From the NCBI GenBank assembly GCA_964016885.1, contig OZ024747.1, forward strand, positions 10,478,001 to 10,542,000: DNA of 64,000 nt, read 5' to 3'. Under the pieces are notes generated by a model. That model ran no database searches. It was given only the letters and a program-made list of their open reading frames with translations, and was not told where the DNA came from. Source of the stretch: Eledone cirrhosa (lineage: Eukaryota). Positions 1-13,884 of the stretch are shown here, piece after piece; the stretch's first letter is position 1; the number at the start of each line of letters is the position of its first letter. The translations under genes and the position numbers were made by a program.

Positions 1-76
1 ATTTCAGAAGTATGAATGTCAGCCCCATCTGATAGGCCCTTAAGAATGTTAAAGATCTTTTTACACAATTCAGATA

Positions 77-375
77 TCATCACCATCATCCACGCTTTTA
101 CATCCATTTTTCTATCCTTGCGTGAGTTGGATGGGTCCTTTTTAGCATCTCTTGTTTGAGTCTAAACGATTTCAGATCAGCTCTCACTACCTCTGCCCAA
201 GTCTTTCTTAGTCTACTGGGATCTCCTGACACATCTTCACCCAGCGGTTATCATCCATACACATCACATATCTGTACCAATGCAGTTTTCTTTGTTGCAC
301 ACTACTTCGGATTCCTTTTAAACCCAGTTTCTCTCTCAGTTCAACCAAGCTCTGCTTTTCTCTCACAGTGTAACT
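77..375 (-). mobile_element. RTE-clade LINE 3' fragment
   Basis: ELREKLGLKGIRSSVQQRKLHWYRYVMCMDDNRWVKMC resembles the RTE C-terminal RLxWxGHVxRM motif. 3' tail GGATGTAAAAGCGTGGATGATGGTGATGA. Confidence 0.7.
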
Positions 376-959
376 AAAATGTGTGATTGGAATATATAAT
401 CTTGATTCACCCTCAGAATAAAAGAATTCCATTCCCATGAATCTAATATTTATGTGGGAACCAAATTTGAATACATAATACTTAATCCTTCCATAACTAT
501 ATTTCTTATAAAATACACTCTGTATGCTTTGGTTATTCTTTGAAAATGAATGAGAACTTTAAAGGATTTAATAAAATAACTTCTTCATTATTACTAAAGC
601 TAGCGTTAGGAACATGACATAGCAAAAATATTCTAAATATAAAATTATGTGAATATGTGTTGGGCTCAAGTTGACCCCAGACAGGTTGGAATTGAAAAGG
701 TTAACACAAAAAAAGACATATAGCATAGAGCTGCAATGAAAGGGGTTGGTTGGAATCTGAGGGTGTTTTGCATATATTTTATATTTTAGAATCAGCATTT
801 GAAATAAGAGACAAGAGATGGAGGCAAGAATTTCATTAAAATGCACCCCCTCCCCCAATCTCTCTAATTTGATGATGATGATGATGATGAAGAATCGACC
901 ACTTCTTTCAACATACATCATACAGATGAGGATAATGTATATACAGGTCACGACAACCT

Positions 960-2717
960 AGACACACACATAAAGACACACAAACACACATACATGCCAA
1001 TACACACACAGACACCAACACACACACACATACAACAACACACACACAGACACCAACACACACAGGCACCAACACACACACAGGCGCCAACACAGACACA
1101 GGCTCCAACACACACACGGACGCCAACACACACACAGACACCAACACACACACAGACACCAACACACACACAGACGCCAACACACACAAACGCCAACACA
1201 CACACAGACGGCAACACACACACAGACATCAACACACACACAGACGCCAACACACACACAGGCACCAACACACACACAGGCGCCAACACACACACAGACG
1301 CCAACACACACACAGGTGCCAACACACACACAGACACCAACACACACACAGACACCAACACACACACAGACACCAACACACACACACAGACATCAACACA
1401 CACACAGACACCAACACACACAGGCGCCAACACACACAGACACTAACACACACAGGCGCCAACACACACACAGACACCAACACACACACAGACACCAACA
1501 CAGACACCAACACAAACACACACACAGACACCAACACACACAGGCGCCAACACACACACAGACACCAACACACACACAGACACCAACACACACAGACACC
1601 AACACACACAGGCGCCAACACACACAGACACCAACACACACACAGACACCAACACACACACAGACGCCAACACACACACAGACGCCAACACACACACAGA
1701 CGCCAACACACACAGACACCAACACACACAGACGCCAACACACACAGACACCAACACACACAAACACACACAGACGCCAACACACACACAAACACACACA
1801 AACACACACACAGACGCCAACACACACACATACACCAACACACACACACAGACGCCAACACACACACATAAACCAACACACACAGACATAAACACACACA
1901 CAGACGCCAACACACACACAGGCGCCAACACACACACACACAGACACCAACACACTCAGATGCCAACACACACACAGACGCCAACACACACACACAGACA
2001 CCAACACACACAGACGCCAACACACACACAGACGCCAACACACACACAAACACACACACACAGACGCCAACACACACACAGACACCAACACACACACTGA
2101 CGCCAACACACACACTGACGCCAACACACACACAGGCGCCAACACACACACAGACGCCAACACACACACAGACGCCAACACACACACACACACACACCAA
2201 CACACACACAGACGCCACTACGGACTCTGGATGATTCATATCCAAAAAGGCAGGGAAAATAAAAATTTTCAAAAGATAAACATTGTAACAAATGGAGGGA
2301 GGAGTTTATATAGAGAGAGACATATAGATATATATAGAGAGAGACATATAGATATATATATAGAGAGAGACATATAGATATATAGAGAGAGACATATAGA
2401 TATATATATAGAGAGAGACATATAGATATATATAGAGAGAGAGACATATAGATATATATATAGAGAGACATATAGATATATAGGGAGAGACATATAGATA
2501 TATATAGAGAGATAGACATATAGATATATAGAGAGAGACATATAGATATATAGAGAGAGACATATAGATATATATAGAGAGAGACATATAGATATATATA
2601 TAGAGAGAGACATATAGATATATATATAGAGAGAGACATATATATATATATAGAGAGAGAGAGACATATAGATATATATAGAGAGAGACATATAGATATA
2701 TATATAGAGAGAGAGAC

Positions 2718-2748
<31 letters not shown>

Positions 2749-3722
2749 CATATAGATATATATAGAGACATATAGATATAGGCATACATATAGATATATA
2801 TATATAGAGACATGTATATATATAGACACACACATATATACATATATATAGAGACAAACATATAGGCATATAGAGACATACATATGGATTTAGATACATA
2901 TACACACACACATACATATATAGATACATATAGACATATATATATAGAGAGATACATATATAGATATAGACACATATACATACACACACATAGACATAGT
3001 CATACACACATCCTGATATATGTCTATATGTGTACATATACACACTGACACACACACCAACAGACACACACACATATTCATACACAAACAAACACAACCA
3101 GAGACACACATACATACACACAGCCAGACAGACACACATTCACACACAAACAAGCACAACCATAGACACACACAAACAAGCACAGCCAGAGACACACACA
3201 CATACACACATTCACACACAAACAAGCACAACCAGACACACACAGATACACACAGCCAGACAGACACACATTCACACACAAACAAGCACAACCAGAGACA
3301 CACACACATACACACACAAACAAGCACAGCCAGAGACACACACACATACACACCGCCACACATTCACACACAAACAAGCACAACCAGACACACACAGCCA
3401 GAGACACACACATACACACACAAATAAGCACAACCAGAGACACACACATTCACACATACACACACAAACAAGCACATACATACACACAGCCACACGTACA
3501 CACACAAACAAGCACAACCAGAGACACACACACATACACACATTCACACAAACAAGCACAGCCAGACACACATTCACACACAAACAAGCACAGCCAGAGA
3601 CACACACATACACACAGACACACATTCACACACAAACAAGCACAGCCACATACACACATACACACACAAACAAGCACAGCCACAGACACACATACAAACA
3701 AGCACAGCCGCACACACACACA
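960..3722. repeat. Compound CA-, TA/GA- and CACA-based micro/minisatellite block
   Basis: (CA)nGAC(A/G)CCAA at 960-2215; (TA)n(GA)nCATATAGA at 2306-2990; CACAAACAAGCACA(A/G)CCAGA at 3040-3722. Confidence 0.95.
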
Positions 3723-3813
3723 CGTTATATATTCAGTAGTAAGATAATTGATGTGAAACTATATAATGTTGAAATAATGATAATTACTATTGGTTAATTA
3801 AACAAATTAGATA

Positions 3814-4980
3814 GTCAGTTGCTGTGTAGTGTTGGTCAGTTGTCGTGGTGATGGTCAGTTATTGTGGTGTTGGTCAGTTGTGTAGTGTTGGTCAGTTGTT
3901 GTGGTGTTGGTCAGTTGTGGTGATGGTCAGTTGCTGTGTAGTGTTGGTCAGTTGTTGTAGTGATGGTCAGTTGTTGTAGTGATGGTCAGTTGTTGTGTGG
4001 TGTTGGTCAGTTGTGGTGATGGTCAGTTGTTGTGTGGTGTTGGTCAGTTGTGGTGATGGTCAGTTGTTGTGGTGTTGGTCAGTTGCTGTGTAGTGTTGGT
4101 CAGTTGTGGTGATGGTCAGTTGTGGTTTTGGTCAGTTGTGGTGATGGTCAGTTGCTGTGTAGTGTTGGTCAGTTGTTGTGGTGTTGGTCAGTTGTTGTGT
4201 GGTGTTGGTCAGTTGTGGTGATGGTCAGTTGCTGTGTAGTGTTGGTCAGTTGTGGTGATGGTCAGTTGCTGTGTAGTGTTGGTCAGTTGTTGTGGTGATG
4301 GTCAGTTGTGGTGTTGGTCAGTTGTGGTGATGGTCAGTTGCTGTGTAGTGTTGGTCAGTTGTTGTGGTGATGGTCAGTTGTTGTGGTGTTGGTCAGTTGT
4401 GGTGTTGGTCAGTTGCTGTGTAGTGTTGGTCAGTTGTGGTGATGGTCAGTTGCTGTGTAGTGTTGGTCAGTTGTGGTGATGGTCAGTTGCTGTGTAGTGT
4501 TGGTCAGTTGTTGTGGTGATGGTCAGTTGTTGTGGTGTTGGTCAGTTGTGGTGATGGTCAGTTGTTGTGGTGGTCAGTTGCTGTGTAGTGTTGGTCAGTT
4601 GTGGTGATGGTCAGTTGCTGTGTAGTGTTGGTCAGTTGTGGTGATGGTCAGTTGCTGTGTAGTGTTGGTCAGTTGTGATGATCAGTTGCTGTGTAGTGTT
4701 GGTCAGTTGTTGTGATGATCAGTTGCTGTGTAGTGTTGGTCAGTTGTGGTGAGGGTCAGTTGTGTGGTGTTGGTCAGTTGTTGTGGTGATGGTCAGTTGC
4801 TGTGTAGTGTTGGTCAGTTGTGTGGTGATGGTCAGTTGCTGTGTAGTGTTGGTTGTTGGTCGTTGTCTGGTGTTGGTCAGTTGTTGTGTGGTGTTGGTCA
4901 GTTGTGTAGTGTTGGTCAGTTGTTGTATGCTGATGATCAATGTGTAGTGTTGGTTGTTGTTTGGTGTTGGTCAGTTGCTG
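3814..4980. repeat. GGTCAGTTG-based 16-21 bp minisatellite
   Basis: Alternating GGTCAGTTGCTGTGTAGTGTT and GGTCAGTTGTGGTGAT units. Confidence 0.95.
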
Positions 4981-6770
4981 TGTCCAACATGAACAGCTGA
5001 ACAGTTAAGGAACATAAAATTCCAGCTGTGTCTTTAATCACACCCAACTGACCAATCTAGGTGTGATAAATGTCTTTGATGCTTCTATGGTCCAGTCCTC
5101 TGTTTTTCAGATGGTCAAGTGCCTCAGTCATGCAGCACTCAGCATCAAACCTATTAAGTGTATGTCGGACATCACCTTCCATTAACAAATTTCAGCTGAC
5201 TGATCCTATATCTACCAATTTTAATACCACTTCCAACCCAGCAGAGCATGTCAATCCTGTTTGTGAAGATTATGCAAAGGAGAGGAAACTGACCGCTGAC
5301 CTTGACCAGGTGAATGACAATAACCTCAGACAACAACAATCTCATACGCAAGAAGAAGAAGACCACTGACCTCCCAGTTCATTACCTACTGCCATCTTGT
5401 GGTCATTTAGGCTCTAATTAACCAATGAAAGACTCACTATGGTGTTGCTAAACTTGCTAGAAACATCAGCCAAATACCCTCAAACCATACAATGCTGTCT
5501 TAACTAAGGAAAGGACACATTTAACAATGTAGTCTTAGATATATTAAGATGGGTTGGTCACCATTGGAACACCTTTTAATCACAGCTCAGGACAATTAAC
5601 ACTGACCCATGGCTAAATAACAACTAAGAATTTAAAAAAAATATATAGAAAAAACAATGATTTCTAATTTTGGCCCCAAGCCAGCAGTTTAGGGGAAGGG
5701 AAATGACATTTTATTTTACTGACCACAGAAAGATGAAAAGCAAAGTTGACCTCAACAAGATTTAAACTCAGATCTTAAAAAGCCAGAACAAATACTGTCG
5801 AGCATTTGTTTGACACTTTAACGACTGTCAATCTACCACCTGGAAGGATGAAGGACAAAACAACCATGGGACATTGGAACATAAGATGTTAACTAAATAC
5901 ACCAAGAAATATTTTCTAGAGCTTTACAGATTCTTCCAACCCACCAAAAATATTGTTTCCAACAGAGACACAAGGGTAGAAATATGAGAGAAAAGGTTTA
6001 GTTGATCAAACTGATGTCCAGTATTTAACTGGTACTTAATTTTATTTACTACAGGTAAAGTTTACTCATTATAACAATGCTTTGGACATTAACAAATAAA
6101 ATCATCTCATATATATATATATAAAAATAAATAAATAAATATATATATATATTAATTAAAGGTTAATTAGTCTCTAATACTTAAACATCTCAATGAGTGG
6201 GTCCGTACCCCCAGATTATATGAGGGATCTAATTTGTGGACCTAGTCTTCAGGTTCTTAGTTGAGTTAGTAACTTGATTGTATTTTCTAGTTGGTCTTAT
6301 TTCATTATATTATTACACTAAACATGGAGTCATTATACTTTTATTGACATCTTTACTAAGATGATTCCTTAAAGAGAGAAAAAAAAAAGAATTTTGAATG
6401 TGTGTGCCTCTGTGTATGCATGTGAGTGTGTGTGTGAGTGAGTGTGTGAGTGTGTGGTTAGGAATGGGCAAGGGGTTAAAAAGTTCACTTCTCAATCATC
6501 AGGTGTTTTAACCGTAGTCATGGTTCAACTCAACTCATGTGAGTGAAATTCATTTGACATGAGGCCGTTGAAGGGACATTACCTTCAATTCAATGGGTCA
6601 GTTATGTGGTACACTGTGACATCCTCAGCCACTTGATTGAACAACGGGAAACTCATTTTTGGAACTAACAGAAGGACCATTTACTTTTATTGTGTGTGCG
6701 TGTGTGTGTGTGTATGTGTATGTGTATATATATATATATATATATACACACACATATATATATATATACA

Positions 6771-6945
6771 TGTCCACTGCAAAGTGGTCGTGGAGGTGCC
6801 ACGGCAAAAAAGCACCCAGCACTCACTGTAAATGAGGTTGGTGTTAGGAAGGGCATCCAGCTGTAGAAATCAAGCCAGAGTCAGTTTCCGTCCCACCCTT
6901 GCAAACAGGGAAAAAGTGGACGTAAAATGAAATGATGATGATGAC
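6771..6945 (+). mobile_element. SINE family B 3' part
   Basis: CACTGTAAATGAGGTTGGTGTTAGGAAGGGCATCCAGCTGTAGAAATCAAGCC ... GGACGTAAAATGAAATGATGATGATGA. Confidence 0.75.
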
Positions 6946-7135
6946 ACACATAATGTATATATATATATATATACACACACACACTCATATATATGTATAT
7001 AGACACACACATGTAGATGCAGAGTCTCTCCTAGCCCACACTGCTGTTCTAAGTTGAAAGAAACTGATGAATGGGTGTAAAAGAAATATATAAATGTCGA
7101 AGAAAAGATGTTTAAAGGTAGCAGAGGTGACTCAC

Positions 7136-7177
7136 CTGAAGATGTTGGCCGGAACTTAGAGGTCTGGGGCTGTAAAC
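7136..7177 (-). CDS. SMAD4: Probable SMAD4 linker exon, 42 nt (G)LQPQTSKFRPTSS(G)
   Basis: tatttttacctgtctag| ... TCAG|gtgagt: strong splice sites, symmetric phase 1-1, open in the SMAD4 frame. No recognisable homology. Confidence 0.6.
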
Positions 7178-8829
7178 CTAGACAGGTAAAAATACAACAT
7201 TTAGAGGGTACAACATAGAAGCTTGCATCACCCTTTTTTTTTCTTCACTTTTTCCTTTACTTGGCATCATGCTAGGATTAGGGAGTTTCTTGTGGTGGAG
7301 GTGAGGGGTTAGGGGTTAGGGTCAGCAGGGTGTATAGAGGCGGACAGTAACCATGACGACAGTGATGGTGAAAATGATGATGACACAAGTAGAAGTAGTA
7401 GTAGTAGTTTAATCCCAGGCCAGCTCTGAACAAATAGACCTGTATCCAACATTTTAGAGGCTCTGAAAAGGGGTCATAGACACTGCCCTTCCCTTCCTTC
7501 CTATTTTACACCAGTTTGAGAGGTCAACCCTGAACAAATAGACCAGTGTCCAACTGTGACCCTTATGCATTATTTTATATATCTAGGGCAGTGTTTCCCT
7601 AAAGTGGCTTATAAGAAGCCCATCATACTGTAAGATATGTCTTAAAAGCAATTAATATATATATATATTATTCCAAGGGCGGTGCCCCAGCATGGCCTCA
7701 GCCGGATGGCTGAAACAGGTAAAAGAGTAAAAGAGTAATATTATTATATAAATTCCCACTCTAAAAATTATTTATTTCCATTAATACTTTCTTATTAAAA
7801 TTAGGGTTCCACAAAATATAATAGGAAGTCACTAGGATTACACGTTTCAAAGTAGTTTCTTAATGATAGGGTTTGATTTGAAGGAGATTTAGCTACACTT
7901 CCTAGTAAGTCAAGTAGTGATTCTTAAACGGGAGTAAAATGTATTAATTCTGTAGAGTAAAACATTAATAACTGCTATATTAGCTATGTTATTTAGAGGC
8001 CTACTCTAGCCTCCATAGGGTAGGGAGTGCTCTTTAGTTAGGTCAATGACCAATAACCTCCCTAGTGCTGGTGCCACAATAAAACACACCCAGTACACTA
8101 TGTAAAGTGGTTGGTGATAAGAATGGTATCAAGCTGTAGAAAAATTGGTCAAATAAATGTTTGAGAGGACTTCAGTTGTGTCAGGAACGTGATAATCTTC
8201 CTAGTGTTGGTACCATGATAAAAAGCACAGCCCAGTGTCTAGAGTGTGAGGACATGTGAGATGAAGTCCCACCAACTCAGAGACCAGTAGCTCCAGTTAA
8301 GTACTGACTTGGTCTGTCATGACCTACCCCAACTTTGTTAGTGGTGAAAAATGAACATATGATAATGATGAAGATGATGATGATGATGATGATGAAGCTT
8401 AGGGAATAAACTGGCAGAGTTGGTCAAGCATAGGACCAAGTACCATTTAGTATTTGGTGATGGTGAAAATAGGGGTAATGTTGGTAGTGATGATAATGGA
8501 GGCAATGGTGGTGACACAGGGGACCAACCCCCTGTTGGAAACTCAGGGAGGTGAGCTCAAAGGACAGTGGATAGAGGATGACATAAGGCCCTGTCAACAA
8601 TGGTAGTGGGGTGAGGAGGACATAGTCAGATTAAGGGCAGATTGGTAGAGAGGGGGAGAGGTGTGGTCAGAGAGGGGGGTGACCAGGGGGGTATGAGTTC
8701 TTAAGTAGAGGGCATATGGTGGTGGTGGTAGGTGGGGTCAATAGGGTGAATTGAGATGGGTGTTGCAATGACAACATAAACAGCAACAACATTAATAACA
8801 AACATGCTAAATATTTCCGCAGTCAGTTG

Positions 8830-9445
8830 CAATGGTAGTGGTGGCTGTGGTGGTAGTGGTTGTGGTGATGATGGTGGTGGCTGTCGTGTGCCAGCTGTGG
8901 TAGTGGTTGCTGTGGTGATGGTTGTGGTGATGGTGGTTGCTGTGGTGGTGGTGGTGGTGGTTGTGGTGGTGGTGGTGGTGGTTGTGGTGATGGTGGTTGC
9001 TGTGGTGGTGGTCGTGGTGGTGGTTGTGGTGGCTGTGGTGTGCCAGCTGTGGTAGTGGTTGCTGTGATGGTGGTGGCTGTGGTTGTGGTGGCTGTGGTTG
9101 TGGTAGCTGTGGTGTGGTAGCTGTGGTAGTGGTGGCTGTGGTGGTGGTGGTGGTGGTGGTAGTGGTGGTTGTGGTGATGGTGGTGGCTGTGGTGGTTGTG
9201 GTGGCTGTGGTGTACCAGCTGTGGTAGTGGTTGCTGTGGTGGTGGTTGCTGTGGTGGTTGTGGTTGTGGTGATTGTGGTTGCTGTGGTGGTTGTGGTGGT
9301 TGTGGTGATGGTGGCTGTGGTGTGCCAGCTGTGGTAGTGGTTGCTGTGGTGGTGGCTGTGGTGGTAGTGGTTGTGGTGGTAGTGGCTGTGGTGGTGGCGG
9401 TTGTGGTGGTAGCGGTTGTGGTGGTAGTGGTTGTGGTGGTGGTGC
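8830..9445. repeat. (GTG)n-derived low-complexity repeat
   Basis: GTG/GTT/GCT triplets with recurring GTGCCAGCTGTGGTAGTGGTTGCT. Confidence 0.9.
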
Positions 9446-10178
9446 TACCAACGACACAAATGTAAATCTATAAATTTGCAGTTTGTATTTATCACCAGAA
9501 ATACTGGCATCAACAGATCAACAGATGTGACTATGTCAGCATATTTCAAACCAATAAACTCATCCAACAGCTCTTCCGTTTACTCACACACACAGACAGG
9601 CATTAAAAGACTTAACTATATCATCATAGGACCCTCCTTAATATCAGTGGATAGTAAGGGGCAGCCCCATAAAAACCCTTAAAAAACGCTGTCTTCTCCT
9701 TTATCCCAGTTTATTTCTAACAATTATATTTTGTTTGTTTGTCTATTATTTTGGTAATATAACTTTCTTGGTGGGAAATTGGTGGGAATAATTAGAAGAG
9801 CAGGAAAACATGTTGCAGCAGGTGTTTTGGCACTCTGCACTCTGAGTTCAAATCCAGCCAAGGTCCATTTTTCCTTTCATAGTTCTGGGTTCATTAATAG
9901 CAGTCCAGGGAGGCAGAAATGTTAAATCAGTGGTTCTTAACATTTTTCTATCACAGTATTCCTTGAGATTTTGAAATTCCATCCTGCATCTCCAGGGCCA
10001 GGTTTAATAACGGGGTAATTGCCCTGCCTCCTGCAGTTGGGGGCCACACCAATGACGGCCATAGAAATTTATTTGTGCACTCACACATACACTCACATAC
10101 CGCGTAGCAATGTGACAGTACAGTTTCACAACATTCAAAATTCTTAGAGAATACAATATATGAGTGTGAGTGTGTGTG

Positions 10179-10212
<34 letters not shown>

Positions 10213-10312
10213 AGTCCTGGGTTCAATCAGGGGGTAACCGCAGTAAGTACAGTGCTCAATACTTTTGAATGAAAGTTCTAGTCCTGTAGAAGCCATTTCT
10301 ATATTAAACATA

Positions 10313-10353
<41 letters not shown>

Positions 10354-10690
10354 CACACACACACAATGTGACAAAACTGGAAATATTTAATGAAACGATG
10401 TTATAGAAGACAATATTACAAGAACAACAACAGCATATTAGGGTAAGATGAAGGTTAAAGGAAACATTTACATTGGTCCTAGCAACAACACAACCAGCAT
10501 AATGAACAACAACAACTACAACATAAGGTATGATACGCAACAACAACAACAGCTGCATAAGGAATAACAACAGTAATAATAACAACAAAATTCTAAAACC
10601 TATTTGGAAAAGTGCAAATGAAAAAGTAAAAAAAAAAAAAAAGAGAAAAGGTAAAAAAAAAAAAAACCAAACAAAAAGAAAGCCACCCAC

Positions 10691-10810
10691 CTGGCATGAG
10701 GCCAAAATTGTCCTGAGGTGGGTGTTGTACAGTTTGTGAGCCTTCTCCAGCTCCACTGCCATTGAGCTGGCTCTCGTGCCCATATTCATCTTTCACCAGT
10801 CTGCTGGGAG
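10691..10810 (-). CDS. SMAD4: SMAD4 linker exon, 120 nt
   Basis: gttttccag| ... CCAG|gtgggt, phase 1-1. Translates (A)PSRLVKDEYGHESQLNGSGAGEGSQTVQHPPQDNFGLMP(G); VKDEY and QTVQHPP resemble SMAD4 linker motifs. Confidence 0.9.
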
Positions 10811-10874
10811 CTGGAAAACAGTATAAGAACAAGGGTTTTCATTGATTCTAGTGTCCGGATGTCCCGGCGAGGTC

Positions 10875-11485
10875 AGTCCAGATGTCTGGGATGTCTGTCC
10901 AGATGTCAGGGAAGTCTGTCCAGATGTCTGTCTGGGATATCTGTCCAGATGTCAGGGATGTCTGTCTGGGATATCTGTTCAGATGTCAGGGATGGCTGTC
11001 CAGATGTCTGGGATGCCTGTCTGGGATATCTGTCCAGATGTCAGGGATGTCTGTCTGGGATATCTGTTCAGATGTCAGGGATGGCTGTCCAGATGTCTGG
11101 GATGCCTGTCTGGGATATCTGTTCAGATGTCAGGGATGCCTGTCTGGGATATCTGTTCAGATGTCAGGGATGCCTGTCTGGGATATCTGTTCAGATGTCA
11201 GGGATGGCTGTCCAGATGTCTGGGATGCCTGTCTGGGATATCTGTTCAGATGTCAGGGATGCCTGTCTGGGATATCTGTTCAGATGTCAGGGATGGCTGT
11301 CCAGATGTCTGGGATGCCTGTCTGGGATATCTGTTCAGATGTCAGGGATGCCTGTCTGGGATATCTGTTCAGATGTCAGGGACATCTGTCCAGATGTCTG
11401 TCTGGGATATTTGTCCAGATGTCTGGGATGCCTGTCTTGATGTCAGAGATATCTGCCCAGATGTCAGGGATATCTGTCTGACTGT
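10875..11485. repeat. Minisatellite of ~21/34-bp units
   Basis: CAGATGTCAGGGATGCCTGTCTGGGATATCTGTT and variants. Confidence 0.95.
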
Positions 11486-11545
11486 CCAGTCATTGTCATC
11501 ACTATGGTTTGGGTATTGTGCTATTTCACAGCAACAGGGTGTTCT

Positions 11546-11700
11546 GGCGGTGAATTGGCAGAGTCGTTAGAACGTTGGATAAAATGCTTTATGGTATTCA
11601 TTCCAGCTCTCTGCTCTCCGAGTTCAAATCCCGCTGAGGTCAACTTTGCTCTTCATCCTTTCGAGATCGATAAAAAAGTACCAGTCTAGTACTGGGGTCG
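11546..11700 (+). mobile_element. tRNA-type SINE family A
   Basis: GGCGGTGAATTGGCAGAGTCGTTAGA (A-box-like), GAGTTCAAATCCC (B box), central CTTTGCTCTTCATCCTTTCGAGATCGATAAAA..AGTACCAG. Confidence 0.8.
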
Positions 11701-11897
11701 GTTCTTCCTCTCTCAGGAAGAAATCTGTAGTCAGGCCTGGAGAAGGATAGGCTCCGTCAAGACCCAAGAAACGCTGTATGTCAATACAGCACCCCTACGT
11801 TTCTATCAGGAGTTACGAGACTATACCATACAATACCATAATCTCACACCTCACAACAACAGGGTGGTGTGGCTGTCATTGTGCTCTGCTGTCTCAC

Positions 11898-11936
<39 letters not shown>

Positions 11937-11953
11937 GGTAGTGCTAACAACAG

Positions 11954-12082
11954 CATCAGTGGTGTCACATCAGAGGAATCACATCAGTGGTGTCACATCA
12001 GAGGAATCACATCAGTGGTGTCACATCAGTGGTGTCACATCAGTGGTGTCACATCAGTGGTGTCACATCAGTGGTGTCACAT
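11954..12082. repeat. 14-bp minisatellite
   Basis: CATCAGTGGTGTCA repeated. Confidence 0.9.
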
Positions 12083-13084
12083 CCATCTGTCCACTGAGCC
12101 ACTGTTTCTTCTAGCTCATATAGTAATAAGTTAGTTAACTCTGGGGAAGGGGGAAGCAGAGGTATGAGAGAGAGAGGGAGAGTTTTCAGAGAGAGAAAAA
12201 AAAGACAGAGGTATGAGAAGAGAGAGAGTGACAGAGGTATGAGAAAGGGAGATATGGAGAGAAAAAAGATAGAGAAATGAGAGAAATGAGAGAAAAAGGG
12301 GGGAAAAAAAAGAGAGGGAGAGAGAGATAAGAGAAAGAGTGGTATGAGTGAGGAAGAGGTAAAGATAGAAGAAAAGAAAAATGACAGAAAAGGAGAGAGA
12401 GAGAGAGAATAAGATCTCCCAGCTGGTTCCTATGTGACCATAACTTATGAAAGGGGAAACTCCAGAGAGGCTTTTATTGGCAAGGGTTTAGTCTGTTGTG
12501 TAAGCTATTCACGGTTATATGGCCATGCTGGAGCACTGAATAGGTTTAAAAGCAAAAAATACAATTTACTATCAAACATTTATTGACAGCATGCATTGGA
12601 GGAAGGAAGAGGCACAACAACCAAAAATTTAAGAAACAAACAAACAAACAACAACAAAAACAACAACAACAACAAACATGATAAGAGTGATGTAAAGTAA
12701 GACATGTTGGCTCTTAACGTCCTGTTTCACATGAAACCACATTAGCAAGATACTCTTAAACAGCATTATGACTGCATCACATTTAATATTACATCTTTAC
12801 TTTAAAACTAAATTTTTCACGATGATCTGTCCATGAGTAAAGATACTATACACATTTGAATTAACAAACCTGTTTATATATATACACATTTTCTGTTAAA
12901 TCATTACAGGATGTTAAGAGTTAAAGTAGATAAGGAGTTGTCTTAGACTGTGTGTGGAGGGGGGGGGGGTACCCAGCAATCAATATTTGAGAATAAATGA
13001 CAGGATTTTTATCTTGAATAATATTCGGAATACCCCCAAATACATTTTTTTAAAAATATATATTTTATATGTAATTTTCATGGA

Positions 13085-13632
13085 TGGATTGTCCCATAAG
13101 TGGTGGTCTGAACGAGCAGGACTGAGGCCAATGTTGAGCACATGAGATGGGTGGTATGTGGTGATTGTTGGCTGACTGTTGAAATGATCGCAAGTGAGCT
13201 GGTGGGTATGAAACATGACAGCATTTGGAAGATTATCACCGAAGACTTGGGTATGTGGGAGATCTGCACGAAGATTATGCCAAAACTGCTGAATGATGAC
13301 CAGAAGGAGCAGTGAAGGCAGGTGTGTCAGGACAACCTTGAGTGTTGTGAAACTGAACCAGACTTGCTGGGGAAAGTATCACTGGTGATGAGTGATGGAT
13401 CTTCGAGTACGACCAATTTTCCAGACATGGAAGTCATCAAGAGAGCCATGATGTCGGAGTTACAGAGAATACCAGGAGAATCCTTCCAGGAGTGTATGGA
13501 AGCGTGGTGGAGAAGGAAGGAAAAGTATGTTAGACTTAAGGAGGATTATTTCAAAGGGGAAAGTTTGTAGTTTGGATTTGAAATATTTTTTTTGCGACCC
13601 CAGTCCTGTTTCTTTTCTGACAAACCCCATAT
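13085..13632 (+). mobile_element. Mariner (Tc1/mariner) transposase remnant, internally deleted
   Basis: Degenerate translation LTVEMIASEL..IWKIITEDLGM..CTKIMPKLLNDDQK..TGDE*WIFEYD, a deletion, then IKRAMMSELQRIPGESFQECMEAW..DYFKGE*. TIR-like end CTTTTCTGACAAACCCCA followed by TA. Confidence 0.85.
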
Positions 13633-13648
13633 AGGAGGAGATGTAATG

Positions 13649-13860
13649 TTAACCCTTTAGCATTCGCTCTATATATATTATTATATTTTTGTGGTAATGG
13701 CTTTATCTTACATAATCATCTCACATAATATGGAAGCTACGAGATTTTGATATTTTCAAAACCTTAACATTAGTATGAGTGGCCAGTTACAGCTGGTTTG
13801 AACAGAAAAAGGTGAGAGAATTCTGGCTGGATATGGTCGATTTAAATGCTAAAGGGTTAA
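13649..13860. mobile_element. piggyBac-type MITE family 1 (~210 bp)
   Basis: TTAA|CCCTTTAGCATT ... AATGCTAAAGGG|TTAA. Confidence 0.85.
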
Positions 13861-13884
13861 GCTAGATAAAAAGAGAAAGTTCCA

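Noticed and set aside
908-957. Possible in-frame terminal exon (GCRDLYIHYPHLYDVC*) giving an MH1-only SMAD4
   Set aside because: The acceptor is preceded only by (TG)n repeat, with no homology or other support.
908-3797. Long ORFs (up to 347 aa) of CV/HT/YI repeats
   Set aside because: Translations of CA/TA/GA microsatellites, open in several frames on both strands, with no domain.
8804-9465. Gly/Cys-rich and Pro/His-rich ORFs
   Set aside because: (GTG)n-derived repeat with no splice or homology support.
10842-11570. Cys-rich ORFs (metallothionein- or keratin-associated-like)
   Set aside because: All three frames are open across a minisatellite; intronic and antisense to SMAD4.
11546-11640. 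tRNA-like A/B boxes in SINE heads
   Set aside because: No cloverleaf; they are parts of multicopy SINEs, not tRNA genes.
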